This document shows positions 12,398 through 58,200 of a stretch of DNA of 64,000 nucleotides, piece after piece. The position numbers and the translations under genes are program-made. Origin of the DNA: Macrostomum lignano (Eukaryota); NCBI GenBank assembly GCA_002269645.1, contig NIVC01001999.1, positions 62,001-126,000 of the forward strand, given 5' to 3'. How positions within the stretch are numbered: the stretch's first letter is position 1; each line of letters begins with the position of its first letter. The notes beneath the pieces were generated by a model that saw nothing but the letters and a program-made list of their open reading frames with translations, did no database searches and was not told the DNA's origin.

Positions 12398-12796
12398 AGT
12401 GGCTGGACACCGACAAACAAGCAGACAAGCTACTGGTGGCTTAAAAAACTATTGGGGTAGTGAGATGAGATTAATCATTTGCATTTCTGCCCCCTCCACT
12501 CCCCAGCAGCTCCCAATGAAGTCCAGCTGAGCATGCAGGGCCGCAGTTTTCAACAGCAGCGGGCAGCCAACCCATCCCACTTATCATGGGTGCTGAGGCA
12601 CAGTGTTAGGGCTGCGTGGAAATTAAAATACGTGTTGCCTTGGTAACTGCGATGCTTCCACTAGGCAGATAGGCTGTGGGCAGAAGCCAGCCAGTATTCA
12701 TAACTGGGAAGCAAAGGCTACATGTATAGCAGCTGGTGGGCTGTTTTAATCGGAGCAACTGCAAACGAATCTTATTTAAAAATTATGGAAGCTAAA

Positions 12797-13922
12797 ATGA
12801 CAGATTTCGCGGTTCTGCTTTTTCTGTTGAAGTTTTTGGCCGGCGCAGATGCAGAGCTGCTCGAAATGCTGCACGAAGTTCACAGCAGCAGCTGGGCTGG
12901 CGATCGGGTTCACCAGTTCCACATTTCCGGCACTGCACAGGCCGGCGGCGAGCTGCAGTGTGCGGTGCTGGCCGCCAAGAGGCTGCGCCCTGACCAGTTC
13001 CTGGTCTTCATCGGAGACCTCGGTGTGGGACGGTCGCAGTGTTTCCTGGGTGAGTTGAGTACGCCAACCACAGTTGCATGCTCTAGCCGCTCAGGATTTC
13101 ATTCCAATACCCCACGCTGCACTTCAGCCAGCCGGAGTGGCGCGGTGTGTCGCCGCCTGATGCCGCCGACTGAGGCGTCTCCGTGCTGCACCAGGGTGAT
13201 TGACCACTGAAGTTCTCTGTGTAACATTTGTCCTGTGCTGTTAGATGGCCAGCTGCTAACTGTGACCCCCACCCGTTGTTGCAGGTGTTTGTGACGTCGC
13301 TCAGCGGCTGCCTCATCAGCGTTCAGCGCCGAGTCGACGACTCGACCAGCTTCGATCGCAGCTGGGCCGAATACGCAGCCGGCTTCGGTCCGGGGCCGCA
13401 TAGCAACCACTGGATCGGTGAGGCAGCAGATTTCCGCATGCAGGCGACTCAGTGTGAACCGTAGGTGTCACAGTTGCGCTTGCTCAATTGACAGGTCTGA
13501 GAAGCCTCAACTCCCTCACGTGGCCTTCTGGTCGGCAGCTGCGCATTCGGATGAGGCTGTGGAACGACATGGAGTACTGGGCGAACTACAGCTCCTTCTC
13601 TGTGGACAGCGAGGACAACAAGTTTCAAGTCAGCATCAGCGGCTTCAGTGGCAGTTCAGGACTCGGAGACTGCATGGGGCGCTGCAACGGCATGAAGTTC
13701 AGCACCTTTGATTCGGACAACGACATTTATTCAGAGAGCTGCAGTGCCAAGTACAAGGGAGGCTGGTGGTACGATGCGTGCCACTGCACCAACCCGAACG
13801 GACTTTACTTTTATTCGCCCACTGCTCTCAATACAGCGCCTGTCTTTGCCAAGAGCGTCTGCTGGAGCAATCCATTTGGTTACTACTATTCGATGAAGGA
13901 GTTCGAGATGCTGCTTTTGTGA
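12797..13922 (+). CDS. Secreted fibrinogen-related domain (FReD) protein; C-terminal exons 13285-13417 and 13495-13922 are firm, N-terminal exon structure (12797-13195) is uncertain
   Basis: QRRVDDSTSFDRSWAEYAAGFG, HWIG|L, WANYSSFSVDSEDNKFQV, GMKFSTFDSDND and GGWWYDACHCTNPNGLY are fibrinogen C-terminal domain motifs. N-terminus MTDFAVLLFLLKFLAGADA looks like a signal peptide. Splice phases are compatible. Confidence 0.85.
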
Positions 13923-14444
13923 GTGTGAATAGCTCGGACGAAAATTAGATATAATTAAACTCTGATGCAGCAGAAAAAGCAGAAACTTCAATGCGTAATT
14001 ATTGCAGGCTGTGTAAATAATTAATCGTCAGATGCATCTCAAAATCAACGAATTTTTTTGAAAAGAACAAAGTACTCTTAAAAACAAACACTCTGAGCTT
14101 TAAAGCGCCTTAGATCCGCCTGAAACGTTCTCTGAAAAATCTTCTAAGCCTTTTTTCCTTAATGATATTGGTCGTTTGAAGTCAATAATAACATGTACGT
14201 TTTTTCGAATTGTCTCCGAGCCGTCTCTTAGGTTATTCAAGCAAAGCCTGACTTTCCTATCTCGAATCTAGACAAAAAATGCGGACTTCTTTCCAATAAA
14301 ATTGTCTCAACAGCAGCTGCTACAATGCCTACATCCTAGTTGTCAGTTTTTGTCAGTCCAAATATAAATAAGACTAAAGAAGTGACTGTTCTGCCAGCAT
14401 TAAACGTTTCTCGATTGGGTCATTGTGGACACTGTCAATCATTG

Positions 14445-16226
14445 TGGATGTCACTGTGGATGCTGCCACTGTGTATGCTGTCACTGTGGATGTTGTCACT
14501 GTGGATTTTGTCACTGTGGATTTTGTCACTGTGGATGCTGCCGCCACTGTGTATGCTGTCACTGTGGATGTTGTCACTGTGGATGCTGTCACTGTGGATG
14601 TTGTCACTGTGGATGTTGTCACTGTGGATGTTGTCACTGTGGATGTTGTCACTGTGGATGCTGTCACTGTGGATGCTGCCGCCACTGTGTATGCTGTCAC
14701 TGTGGATGTTGTCACTGTGGATGCTGTCACTGTGGATGCTGTCATTGTGGATGCTGTCACTGTGGATGCTGTCACTGTGGATGCTGCCGCCACTGTGTAT
14801 GCTGTCACTGTGGATGTTGTCACTGTGGATGCTGTCACTGTGGATGCTGTCACTGTGGATGTTGTCACTGTGTATGTTGTCACTGTGGATGCTGTCACTG
14901 TGGATGTTGTCACTGTGGATGTTGTCACTGTGGATGTTGTCACTGTGGATGCTGTCACTGTGGATGCTGCCGCCACTGTGTATGCTGTCACTGTGGATGT
15001 TGTCACTGTGGATGCTGTCACTGTGGATGCTGTCACTGTGGATGTTGTCACTGTGTATGTTGTCACTGTGGATGCTGTCACTGTGGATGTTGTCACTGTG
15101 GATGTTGTCACTGTGGATGCTGTCACTGTGGATGCTGCCGCCACTGTGTATGCTGTCACTGTGGATGTTGTCACTGTGGATGCTGTCACTGTGGATGCTA
15201 TCACTGTGGATGCTGTCACTGTGGATGTTGTCACTGTGTATGTTGTCACTGTGGATGCTGTCACTGTGGATGTTGTCACTGTGGATGTTGTCACTGTGGA
15301 TGCTGTCACTGTGGATGCTGCCGCCACTGTGTATGCTGTCACTGTGGATGTTGTCACTGTGGATGCTGTCACTGTGGATGCTATCACTGTGTATGCTGTC
15401 ACTGTGGATGTTGTCACTGTGGATGCTGTCACTGTGGATGTTGTCACTGTGGATGCTGTCACTGTGGATGTTGTCACTGTGGATGCTGTCACTGTGGATG
15501 CTGCCGCCACTGTGTATGCTGTCACTGTGGATGTTGTCACTGTGGATGCTGTCACTGTGGATGTTGTCACTGTGGATGCTGTCACTGTGGATGTTGTCAC
15601 TGTGGATGTTGTCACTGTGGATGTTGTCACTGTGGATTTTGTCACTGTGGATGCTGCCGCCACTGTGTATGCTGTCACTGTGGATGTTGTCACTGTGGAT
15701 GCTGTCACTGTGGATGCTGCCGCCACTGTGTATGCTGTCACTGTGGATGTTGTCACTGTGGATGCTGTCACTGTGGATGTTGTCACTGTGGATGCTGCCG
15801 CCACTGTGTATGCTGTCACTGTGGATGTTGTCACTGTGGATGCTGTCACTGTGGATGTTGTCACTGTGGATGTTGTCACTGTGGATGTTGTCACTGTGGA
15901 TGTTGTCACTGTGGATGTTGTCACTGTGGATGCTGTCACTGTGGATGCTGTCACTGTGGATGCTGCCGCCACTGTGTATGCTGTCACTGTGGATGTTGTC
16001 ACTGTGGATGCTGTCACTGTGGATGTTGTCACTGTGGATGTTGTCACTGTGGATGTTGTCACTGTGGATGTTGTCACTGTGGATGTTGTCACTGTGGATG
16101 CTGTCACTGTGGATGCTGTCACTGTGGATGCTGCCGCCACTGTGTATGCTGTCACTGTGGATGTTGTCACTGTGGATGCTGTCACTGTGGATGCTGTCAC
16201 TGTGGATGCTGTCACTGTGGATGCTG
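14445..16226. repeat. 15-bp minisatellite (GTCACTGTGGATG[C/T]T), >110 copies, with a periodic GCCGCCACTGTGTATGCT variant
   Basis: Direct reading of the array; produces several spurious ~600-aa ORFs. Confidence 0.95.
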
Positions 16227-16811
16227 TCGGAAGAATGTTTCAAAGACTTTAGACTTGACTTCCTGCTTACAGTGGACTAGCTGTAGAAAAGTTGTCGAAT
16301 TCGTCAAACGCGAAAACTGAAATTTACGTGGATGGCACCGCATTAATCCATCGGGTTCAGAAACTCTAAAAATACAAGAACTCCAAGCCGGTCCAAGAGT
16401 CTCTTCCCAGCTCTTACATAAGAGAACCGACCAGCTCTAGACAAAGAGCTCTTAGTCTCCAAGGCCGCATATGGACCTTGCGGTAAGTTTACCATAGTCT
16501 TTATGTTAGTTAAGTCCGCAAAAGTGACGCATCATTCGATTCCAGCTAGTGCTTACCCGTTCGAGGTTCTCATTCGCGGTAAGTCTGACAGCTTTTTGAC
16601 CTTCTGAAGCGCTAATTAAGGGCTTTGGAAACTGAGTCAGTGAAGCCATATTTTCATTGATTGTCTTAGTTTTACAGCGAGTTATTAGCAAGAAATATAG
16701 GTGCTCAAAAGTTGCAGCAAAATATGGCTAAAAGAAATAGCTATCAAGTTATTAATTTTCATCTAGTTCGTAAATTAAGTTTAAAGAAAGTGTAGTTCTC
16801 TTGATCAATCC

Positions 16812-47225
<30,414 letters not shown>

Positions 47226-48084
47226 TCCCGCCAGGCAGTTGTGAGTGCTCAGCCAGTATGATAACAGGTGTGCCAGACAGACAGTTTGCAGTATTTTTAA
47301 TTGTTAGTCTTTCCAAAAGTGATTTGGGCTGTCAGGTGGGCATGCAGGACTGCAGCTGTTCCGTGATGGGTGAGAAAGCGGGTGTGAGTTGAGCTGCTTT
47401 TGTTCCAGCAGGGCATTGCATGAAAATTGAGAGGCTTGTGCATCGGATTCAGTGCCTAATTCCTGCATCCAGTGTACTCAAAGGGCAAGCCTGCAGTGGA
47501 GCTGCAGAGCGATTTGTATGGCCAGCGTAGGCCTTGAACCAGTTGCCATGGCGATGCTTTTGAGGCGTTCTAAGAAATTTTCTGCCCCGACTCAGTGGGA
47601 CAGGATGCTGGGAGCTTACGGTTGGCAGGCAGGGCTCCCAATCTGCATCGTGTTTAGTCCACTTGCCGTTTCACACAATTTCGGAGATACTCAGTTTAAT
47701 TACGAGCGAACTTGAATATTAAATAACTCCCAGCATCTTGACCGATATGCATTCTATTTTCTTATTGCGCAATGGGCTCCACTAGTAAAATTTACTACAA
47801 AATTTCTGTTTTCCTAGCTGCTTGCTTTTCTTAACTGTTGCAAAAACGGAGTGACTATAAGCTGCGGGTGCTTTACAACACTACTTTACAGTGCACCGAT
47901 TGCACAGGAATGAGCCATTTTTGTGCTGCTAAAAATAGCTCTGACCTGAGCTGCTCAGACTCACTCTCCTGGGGATTTCCGAGTCGAGCGTGCTACGGTC
48001 CAAGCAAGTTGCATTGCTGTGGCATATTTCACTACGACATCTGCTTCAGCCATATTTGACCGCGACTGTAAGTTTGTGTCGTTG

Positions 48085-50490
<2,406 letters not shown>

Positions 50491-51168
50491 GTTGAATTAC
50501 TTGGGACTTGACTGCGTTTCTGAGCTCAGTTTGAGTTGCTTTTGAGTCAGTTGCTCAAATGCTGCAATGCTGCTCACTGGACTGACCGCCTCATCTGTAA
50601 TTATAACTGTACATTGCCAGCTTCTCCATTCATTGAAGATACACAAATACAATATTCCGAGCTTTTACCGAGAGTAAAAATGACTAAATTCTGGCAAAAA
50701 GTTTTTGTCTTGTAATGGCTTCAACAGGTGTAATGGTTATCCAATATACACTGAAGATATATAATATACTAAAACTGTTTAAACGATCATAGAATGCAAA
50801 AAAAACTGCAACACAAAATGTTGTCACTATATGACCGGGAATAGTTGAAGGATGAGGCGTAAAAATCATATAATAAAAAATAGTATATTTCATGGTGCGA
50901 GTGCATGATGTTGTATATTAGTCACCTTAACCTACAGATATGACGGTTCACACTAAATTCCTAGGCTCCTTCTTTTCTAGTGGAACGATAGTCTATGGCC
51001 AAACCTCACTAAAAAACTAAGCCTGAGAACTCAAAACGAGGCCTGTTAACCGGTTAACAGGCCTAAGAACAAGGCCTGAGAACATTTTAGAACGACTATA
51101 ATTTGTCAGTTAGTCCATTAGAAGTATAAACTATCAACAGCAGTAAAGACCGATTCATTCTTGCCGAT

Positions 51169-51749
51169 TTACTCGAACATGATTTCTACGCTGTTGGTGT
51201 CACCGTGGACAGTCATGCGCATCTTCTTGGTAGTACCCTCAGACACGACATCTTGCTCATTGGTCCGCCCATTGGACTCCACGGCTCCTCCGGCGTGTAG
51301 AGCGTAGGTCATACGCGAATGATCCTGGACGTCTAGCCGTATGTACCTCTCTATTGCGTTGGACGAATGTCCAGTGACGCGGGCTATATCGTCCCTAGCC
51401 AGTCCAGCCCGATGCAACCTGATGGCACAAGTCTTCCTTAGAGACTGGTTTGAGAATTTACCATCCGTAGACACGGGTTTGGTGATATTCGCCACAATTG
51501 GAGTCGAGAGTATGCCGGCCGATAGGTAGACACAGAGAGACCGCAGGCGTCTCCATGAAGCAGTTTGGTTTGCCTCTCCTGAAACCAGTCGTCAAATTGC
51601 TTTAGTGCCCATCGTTCCTTCCGGCGTGTCGATTCCGGCACAGCAGCGTCAATCCTTTCAGCAACCTCGTTATCGGACAGTAAAGCAAATCTAGAAGCCT
51701 CGTTTTCTCTCAATTCAATGTCATTCAACCAGTCGAAAGCGAGTTCCAA
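51169..51749 (-). pseudogene. Internally deleted tyrosine-recombinase (Crypton-like) gene
   Basis: The N-terminal piece SRFALLSDNEV...VPESTRRKERWALKQFDDW is joined out of frame to the C-terminal piece KFSNQSLRKTCAIRLHRAGL...IARVTGHSSNAIERY (H-x-x-R box with H>Q, TGH, catalytic Y). The central catalytic region is absent. Confidence 0.65.
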
Positions 51750-51952
51750 GTCGTGTTCCCTGATTCTCAGTTCTCTCTGATTTCCTCTAGCTGCCCAAAC
51801 CTTTCCTTTCTCGCTTTTAATTTAAGCATCGAATCTTTTACTTTAATTTTTGTCTATGGTTAAATGTGGTCACACATTTAACCACACCCCCGCTTTTGAC
51901 GAATACCTCTCTCCCACTCCCAGTCGCTTCCAATATCTGTAGATTAAGTACG

Positions 51953-52085
51953 ATCTTCGTCTGTTCTTTTGGTGTCTATGGCAGAAAGACCTCGGACGCA
52001 ATTCTAAGGCCTCGGCTTCGCCTCGGCCTGAGAACAGCGTCCTCGGCCTTTCTCTGCCATAGGAACCAAAAGAACAGACAAAGAT
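51953..52085. repeat. Imperfect ~60-bp inverted repeat (hairpin) with a GGCTTCGCC loop, upstream of the YR remnant
   Basis: Left arm 51953-52011 pairs with right arm 52025-52085. Confidence 0.85.
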
Positions 52086-52243
52086 TATATACGTCACGGC
52101 AGAAAAGTTTGTTAATGTAGATTGATAAAAAGTTAAATAAAAAGGAAATTAGTAACGCAAAACAACTCGAGCATTTGAAGTCCCGAAACCGTAAAAAAAT
52201 GTCACACAATTACACAAAATAACAATTTTCGTCACGGAAACTC

Positions 52244-55200
52244 TCAGCGCTCGTCAAAGTAGGCGCCCTCGAAGTCCTGGATGGCACGACACGCGCGCAG
52301 CGGCAGCAGCCTGCGGTTGGCATTGATGAAGCATTGGTGTTTGAGCAGTCTGTTCTCAATCGTGTTAACTGTTCAAAACACGTTTATGAAACTCACCCTC
52401 GCAGCATGAAGCTCCTCTGCAGGCTGGCGGGCACGCAGACCAGAGTGTGGCGGTACTGCACCGCGCTGAGGATGCTGGCTGCCACTTGCGCGGGCGTCAG
52501 CTGGAGCTCCGGGCTGCGGGCGGGAGAAGGGGGCGCGGGCTGGTCATTGATTATCGATTACTTGGGATTCATTATCGATTAGCTGGGCATTGATTATCGA
52601 TTACTTGGGCAGTGATTATAGATTGGCTGGGATTGATTATCGATTAGTTGGGCAGTGATTATAAATTGGCTGGGATAGATAATCGATTGGTTGGTCATTG
52701 ATTACCGATTGGCTGGGATTGATTATCGACTGGCTGGCATTGATTATCGATTATTTGGGCATTGATTATCGATTATTTGGGCATTGATTATCGATTGGCC
52801 GGGATGGATTATCGATTGGCTGGGATGGATTACCGATTGGCTGGGATGGATTATCGATTGGCTGGGATGGATTATCGATTGGCTGGGATGGATTACCGAT
52901 TGGCTGGGAGTTTGATTATGGATTATGGACCATAACATCATACTCATATCTCAGACGATCACCTCATTCCGGGCTTGACAGACTTGCCAACGAGCACCCC
53001 GCCAGATCCGGGGTCAAGGAAGGTCGGGCACACGGCGCTCAGGAAGATCCGGTTCCGCCCGTACAGCCCCATCCGGCGCAGCTCGTCCTGCACAGCTTCC
53101 ATGAAGCCCAAGCTGCCAAACTTTGAGGCGCTGCAAAAAACAGTGAGAATAAAGCGTTGGCTTGAAAAACGGAATTTCGTATTAAAGAATCGTTGCTCCA
53201 CCTGTAGTCGGTGCAGTAGGCCACTCCCATGCAGGCTGCCATGCTGGCCACCGAGACAATGTGGCCTCGGCCTCGCTTGATCATGTGCGGCAGGGCCGCG
53301 CGAACCACCTGCGGCAGGGTGGGGGAGGGTGCGTTATGGGATGTGGGATCAGGCTCTGGGTGAGGTGTGATGGCTCTGGGTGAGGTGTGGGATCAGGCTC
53401 TGGGTGAGGTGTGATGGCTCTGGGTGAGGTGTGGGATCAGGCTCTTGGTGAGGTGTGAGATCAGGCTCTGGGTGAGGTGTGATGGCTCTGGGTGAGGTGT
53501 GATGGCTCTGGGTGAGGTGTGATGGCTCTGGGTGAGGTGTGATGGCTCTGGGTGAGGTGTGATGGCTCTGGGTGAGGTGTGATGGCTCTGGGTGAGGTGT
53601 GATGGCTCTGGGTGAGGTGTGATGGCTCTGGGTGAGGTGTGATGGCTCTGGGTGAGGTGTGATGGCTCTGGGTGAGGTGTGGGATCAGGCTCTGGGTGAG
53701 GTGTGGGATCAGGTTCTGGGTGAGGTGTGATGGCTCTGGGTGAGGTGTGATGGCTCTGGGTGAGATGTGATGGTTCTGGGTGAGGTGTGGGATCAGGCTC
53801 TGAGTGGTGTGGGATCTGACTCTGGGTGAGGTGTGGGATCTGACTCTGGGTGAGGTGTGGGATCTGACTCTGGGTGAGGTGTGGGATCAGGTTCTGGGTG
53901 AGGTGTGGGATCAGGCTCTGGGTGAGGTGTGGGATCAGGCTCTTGGTGAGGTGTGGGATCAGGTTCTGGGTGAGGTGTGGGATCAGGCTCTGGATGAGGT
54001 GTGATGGCTCTGGGTGAGGTGTGGGATCAGGCTCTTGGTGAGGTGTGAGATCAGGCTCTGGGTGAGGTGTGATGGCTCTGGGTGAGGTGTGATGGCTCTG
54101 GGTGAGGTGTGATGGCTCTGGGTAAGGTGTGGGATCAGGCTCTGGGTGAGGTGTGGGATCAGGTTCTGGGTGAGGTGTGATGGCTCTGGGTGAGGTGTGA
54201 TGGCTCTGGGTGAGGTGTGATGGCTCTGGGTGAGGTGTGATGGTTCTGGGTGAGGTGTGGGATCAGGCTCTGGGTGAGGTGTGGGATCAGGCTCTGAGTG
54301 GTGTGGGATCTGACTCTGGGTGAGGTGTGGGATCTGACTCTGGGTGAGGTGTGGGATCTGACTCTGGGTGAGGTGTGGGATCAGGTTCTGGGTGAGGTGT
54401 GGGATCAGGCTCTGGGTGAGGTGTGGGATCAGGTTCTGGGTAAGGTGTGGGATCAGGTTCTGGGTGAAGTGTGGGATCAGGCTCTGGGTGAGGTGTGGGA
54501 TCATACCCTGGGTGAGGTGTGGGATCAGGCTCTGGGTGAGGTGTAGGATCAGGCTCTGGGTGAGGTGTGGGATCAGGTTCTGGGTGAGGTGTGATGTCTC
54601 TGGGTGAGGTGTGATGGCTCTGGGTGAGGTGTGATGGTTCTGGGTGAGGTGTCGCGAAATTTCAGCTTGCGCTAATAGAATTCACTTGCTCCCTTTTCAT
54701 TTTCTTCCATTCCCTGTGTGCCTAGTCCATCTTCTATCTACCGCGCTCTACGTACTGTACATTCTTATCTTGTTTTCCGATTATCGATCGGTGAGTTTTC
54801 AGTCAGCCCCCCCCCCTCGGTCTCGTTAGAGCATTTTAGCCCTCGCCCTTCTTACCCATTTTCTTCTTATCTATTCTCTACCCCCCTCTCTCAACCACGC
54901 AAATAAATATACTGCTGGAGGAGCCTTTTCATCCTAACTTTGGTTTTCAAGTTGTTATTGTCAACGTATTCACTGGCCAGTGTTATTTCTTCAGTTATTT
55001 TTCTACATGGCGCCCGACTGAATTGAACCCGTTCACTACACTGCTTCTGCTTGTGAACCTTCGTTCGGCTCGTTTACTCTATCGTCTCGCATCGTATCGA
55101 TTTTGTTACCTCTGCTTTCGTCTGCTCGTCTTCGTCGAATCTGCCTTCGTTAACTCTGCGTTCGTCTGCTCGTCTTCGTCGAATCTGCCTTCGTTACCTC

Positions 55201-58200
55201 TGCGTTCGTCTGCTCGTCTTCGTCGAATCTGCCTTCGTTACCTCTGCGTTCGTCTGCTCGTCTTCGTCGAATCTGCCTTCGTTACCTCTGCGTTCGTCTG
55301 CTCGTCTTCGTCGAATCTGCCTTCGTTACCTCTTCTTCTTCTTCAGTCCTTTTCTCGCCTCGCGGCGTGGACGCTCTGCCGCCGACTCACTGGCAGGTCT
55401 TTCGATGTCTGGCCATGTTCGTGCGGGCCAGCATCCTCCCGCAGTCCGGGCACGGAGCTCTGGCGCTCTTGTAGATCCGCGCCGTAATCCCCGTTACCTT
55501 ACCGTTAGCCTTCGTTACCTCTTCGTTCGTCTGCTCGTCTTCGTCGTCGTCTTTGCTTCTCATCGTGCTCAAGGCTTCAGACTCTGTGCTCACTCCGGAT
55601 TCAGGACTCAGGACGAACGAACTGGACAGCTGCCTGGAGAAGTCGACTCGTCTGCCAGCTAAGTTTTCATTTGGACTGTTTTCAGTTAGCTGTCCGACTT
55701 TCCACTCATTTATACTCCTTTCTATTCATTGCGTGTTGTTTGTTTCACTGCTTTTGCTATCAGTCACGTAGTCGTAGATTTTCACTTTGCAATTTTATTC
55801 ACATTTTCCTAATTCAGTAAAATTTTCGCTTGATTTGTGTGTGCACTGAGGTTAGTTGTGGGTCCTATTGCGCTCCTCTCTGAACTCTCTCACTGCTAGC
55901 TGCTTGGTTGCTGCTCGTTGCTGCTCGAGGTCGTTATGTCTGCGGAGGTCAAGAAGAGGGCTCTGATTAGAGCAGCTGTCACTCGGACTATCGCGAAGGC
56001 AGACAAGCTCTTGTCGCTTAGTTGGTGGAATGCCGAAGCCGTTGCTGATGCTGAGGCGTGCTTAGAGGTTCTCAAGGAGAAGCTGGAGGCGTTAAAAGGT
56101 GCAGATGAGGTGATTCAGGAAGATCTCTCTGACGATAAGATGGAATCTGAGTTGGCTGAGAGCTATGACTACTCGTTTCGCTGCCGCAAGTACATTAAAT
56201 TGCTGGAAAATTCCCAAAGTTCAAACGTGGCGCATCAACAGCCTTCAGGCTCCGCTCAACCTCAGGTGAAGCTACCTAGGTGTCAGCTACCGACCTTTGA
56301 TGGGACAGTTACGGGTTGGCAGACCTTTTGGGATCAGTTTTCGTCATCTGTGGACTCAAATTCATCGCTCGCTGATATCGACAAATTCAATTACTTGCTC
56401 GCTTCTCTCTCTGACTCCGCCAAGGCTGGCATTCGGGGTCTGGCAGTGACTGGTGCGAATTACGCGGCTGCAATCACAATTCTGCGAGATCGGTTTGGCA
56501 AGCCAGATTTGATAGTCAGAGACCTCATGCATCAGCTGTCAGAGCTTAGGCTAAGTGACACCTCGCTTTCAAGCCTTCAACGTTTTCATGACGATGTGTC
56601 TGCTGCCGTGCGCAGCCTTGAAGCTCAGAATGTGCACGCTGCCTCGTATGAGACATTGTTGCTGCCGAACCTACTCAAGCGGTGCCCAGATGAATTTAGG
56701 TTGGACATGCTCAAGTCAGCCGCTTATTCAGGATCACAGTGCGATTCAGTTAAGGACTTTTTACATCTCTTAAGCCAGGAAATTGAGGTTCGTGAGAAGG
56801 CTGTTTTGATTGGCAAGAAGACTGGACACGATCGCGAGCGGTCTGGAGGCTCGCCGAAGCCTTCACTTTCAACTCTGACAGTTCAATCTAGCTCGAAGAG
56901 CACACCAAGGGAACATGGCAAAGTCTTCTGCACTTACTGCAAGGCTGGACACAAGTCTGAAGATTGTCTTCAATTTGCAACAGCGGATAGACGTCGCGAG
57001 TTTTTGCACCAGGAAAAACGTTGCTTTCGGTGCTTGCGCACAGGTCATGGTGCTCGCACGTGCAATGATCCGCGGCAGTGCAGATTCTGTGACGGCGCAC
57101 ATCACGTGAGCATTTGCAACAAGGCTCCAGCTAAAACTGTCATCACTAGGCCTGCCGGTCTAGCTAAGTCTAATAAACCTGCCGGAAAGCAACTTGGAAG
57201 ACAGGCAAGGTCAAATAATCAGTGCTTACCTACGACTGCAGTTTCCGCTGAGTCCTCGCCACTCGATCATTCGGCTCAAGCTCAGTTTGATAATTCGAAC
57301 GTGCGGGCCGATGCTGGCAGCTCAGTCACCGTCTGTGCTACTCATGAAGAGCCGGCACCGGTCGCTTCACCGAATCACGTCTCTGATCATTTTTCTTCGA
57401 CCATGTTCCTTAGCAGCAATCCTTCAGTGGCCCTTCCTGTTGCCAAAGCTATACTGTTGAGTGCTGATGGTCAGCGAGAGCTCCTGATTAGGGTGTTGCT
57501 CGATACAGCTAGCAACAGATCCTACATCAGAAAGGATGTATGCGATCTCTTAGGCATCACGGCAACCAGGAGTGAGCCATTGACTGTGTCGACATTCACT
57601 GGTCTCAATACAACAATCGAATCCGGTACTGTCACTTTCTCAATCAGGAAAATAGATTCGCGTCAAGTTTTGAACATCCGTGCTAATATGGTCAATGATA
57701 TCTGTCAGCCTCAGCGCTCAGTCTTAGTGAACCAGTTTCCGCATCTGCGCAATTTAGACTTAGCAGATCCGCACGACCCACGCGATGAGAGCACGCCAAT
57801 TTCTGTTCTGATCGGGGCCGATCAATATTATGATATCGTCGGCGGAGAAGTAATCCGTGGAACATCTGGACCGTCAGCTGTGTCGTCAAAGTTGGGTTTC
57901 GTCCTTTGCGGGCCAGTCAAGTTGACTGAGGACTCCGGCAGTCCCTCGAACAATTCAGCAGCTGACGGGCCAAGTGAAGCTTCTCAAGTTCTCTGCTGTA
58001 CAGTTGCAGACCCACTGACTGTCACTTCTGACTGTGACTTGTCCCGATTCTGGCGCTTAGACGCTATTGGTATCTCAGAAGTTCAGTGTCAGTCCTCGAT
58101 TGATGAATTCGTTTGCGACCCGCAGCTCATCAACGGACGCTACGAAGTCAAGCTTCCTTGGAAGCATCCAGATAGCTCACTCGTGCTACGCAATCATTTT

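Noticed and set aside
14340-16320. Five ~600-aa ORFs (metallothionein-like CCHCG, mucin-like Thr-rich, HSD repeats)
   Set aside because: They are translations of a 15-bp satellite open in most frames; no unique flanking coding context or splice sites link them to a gene.
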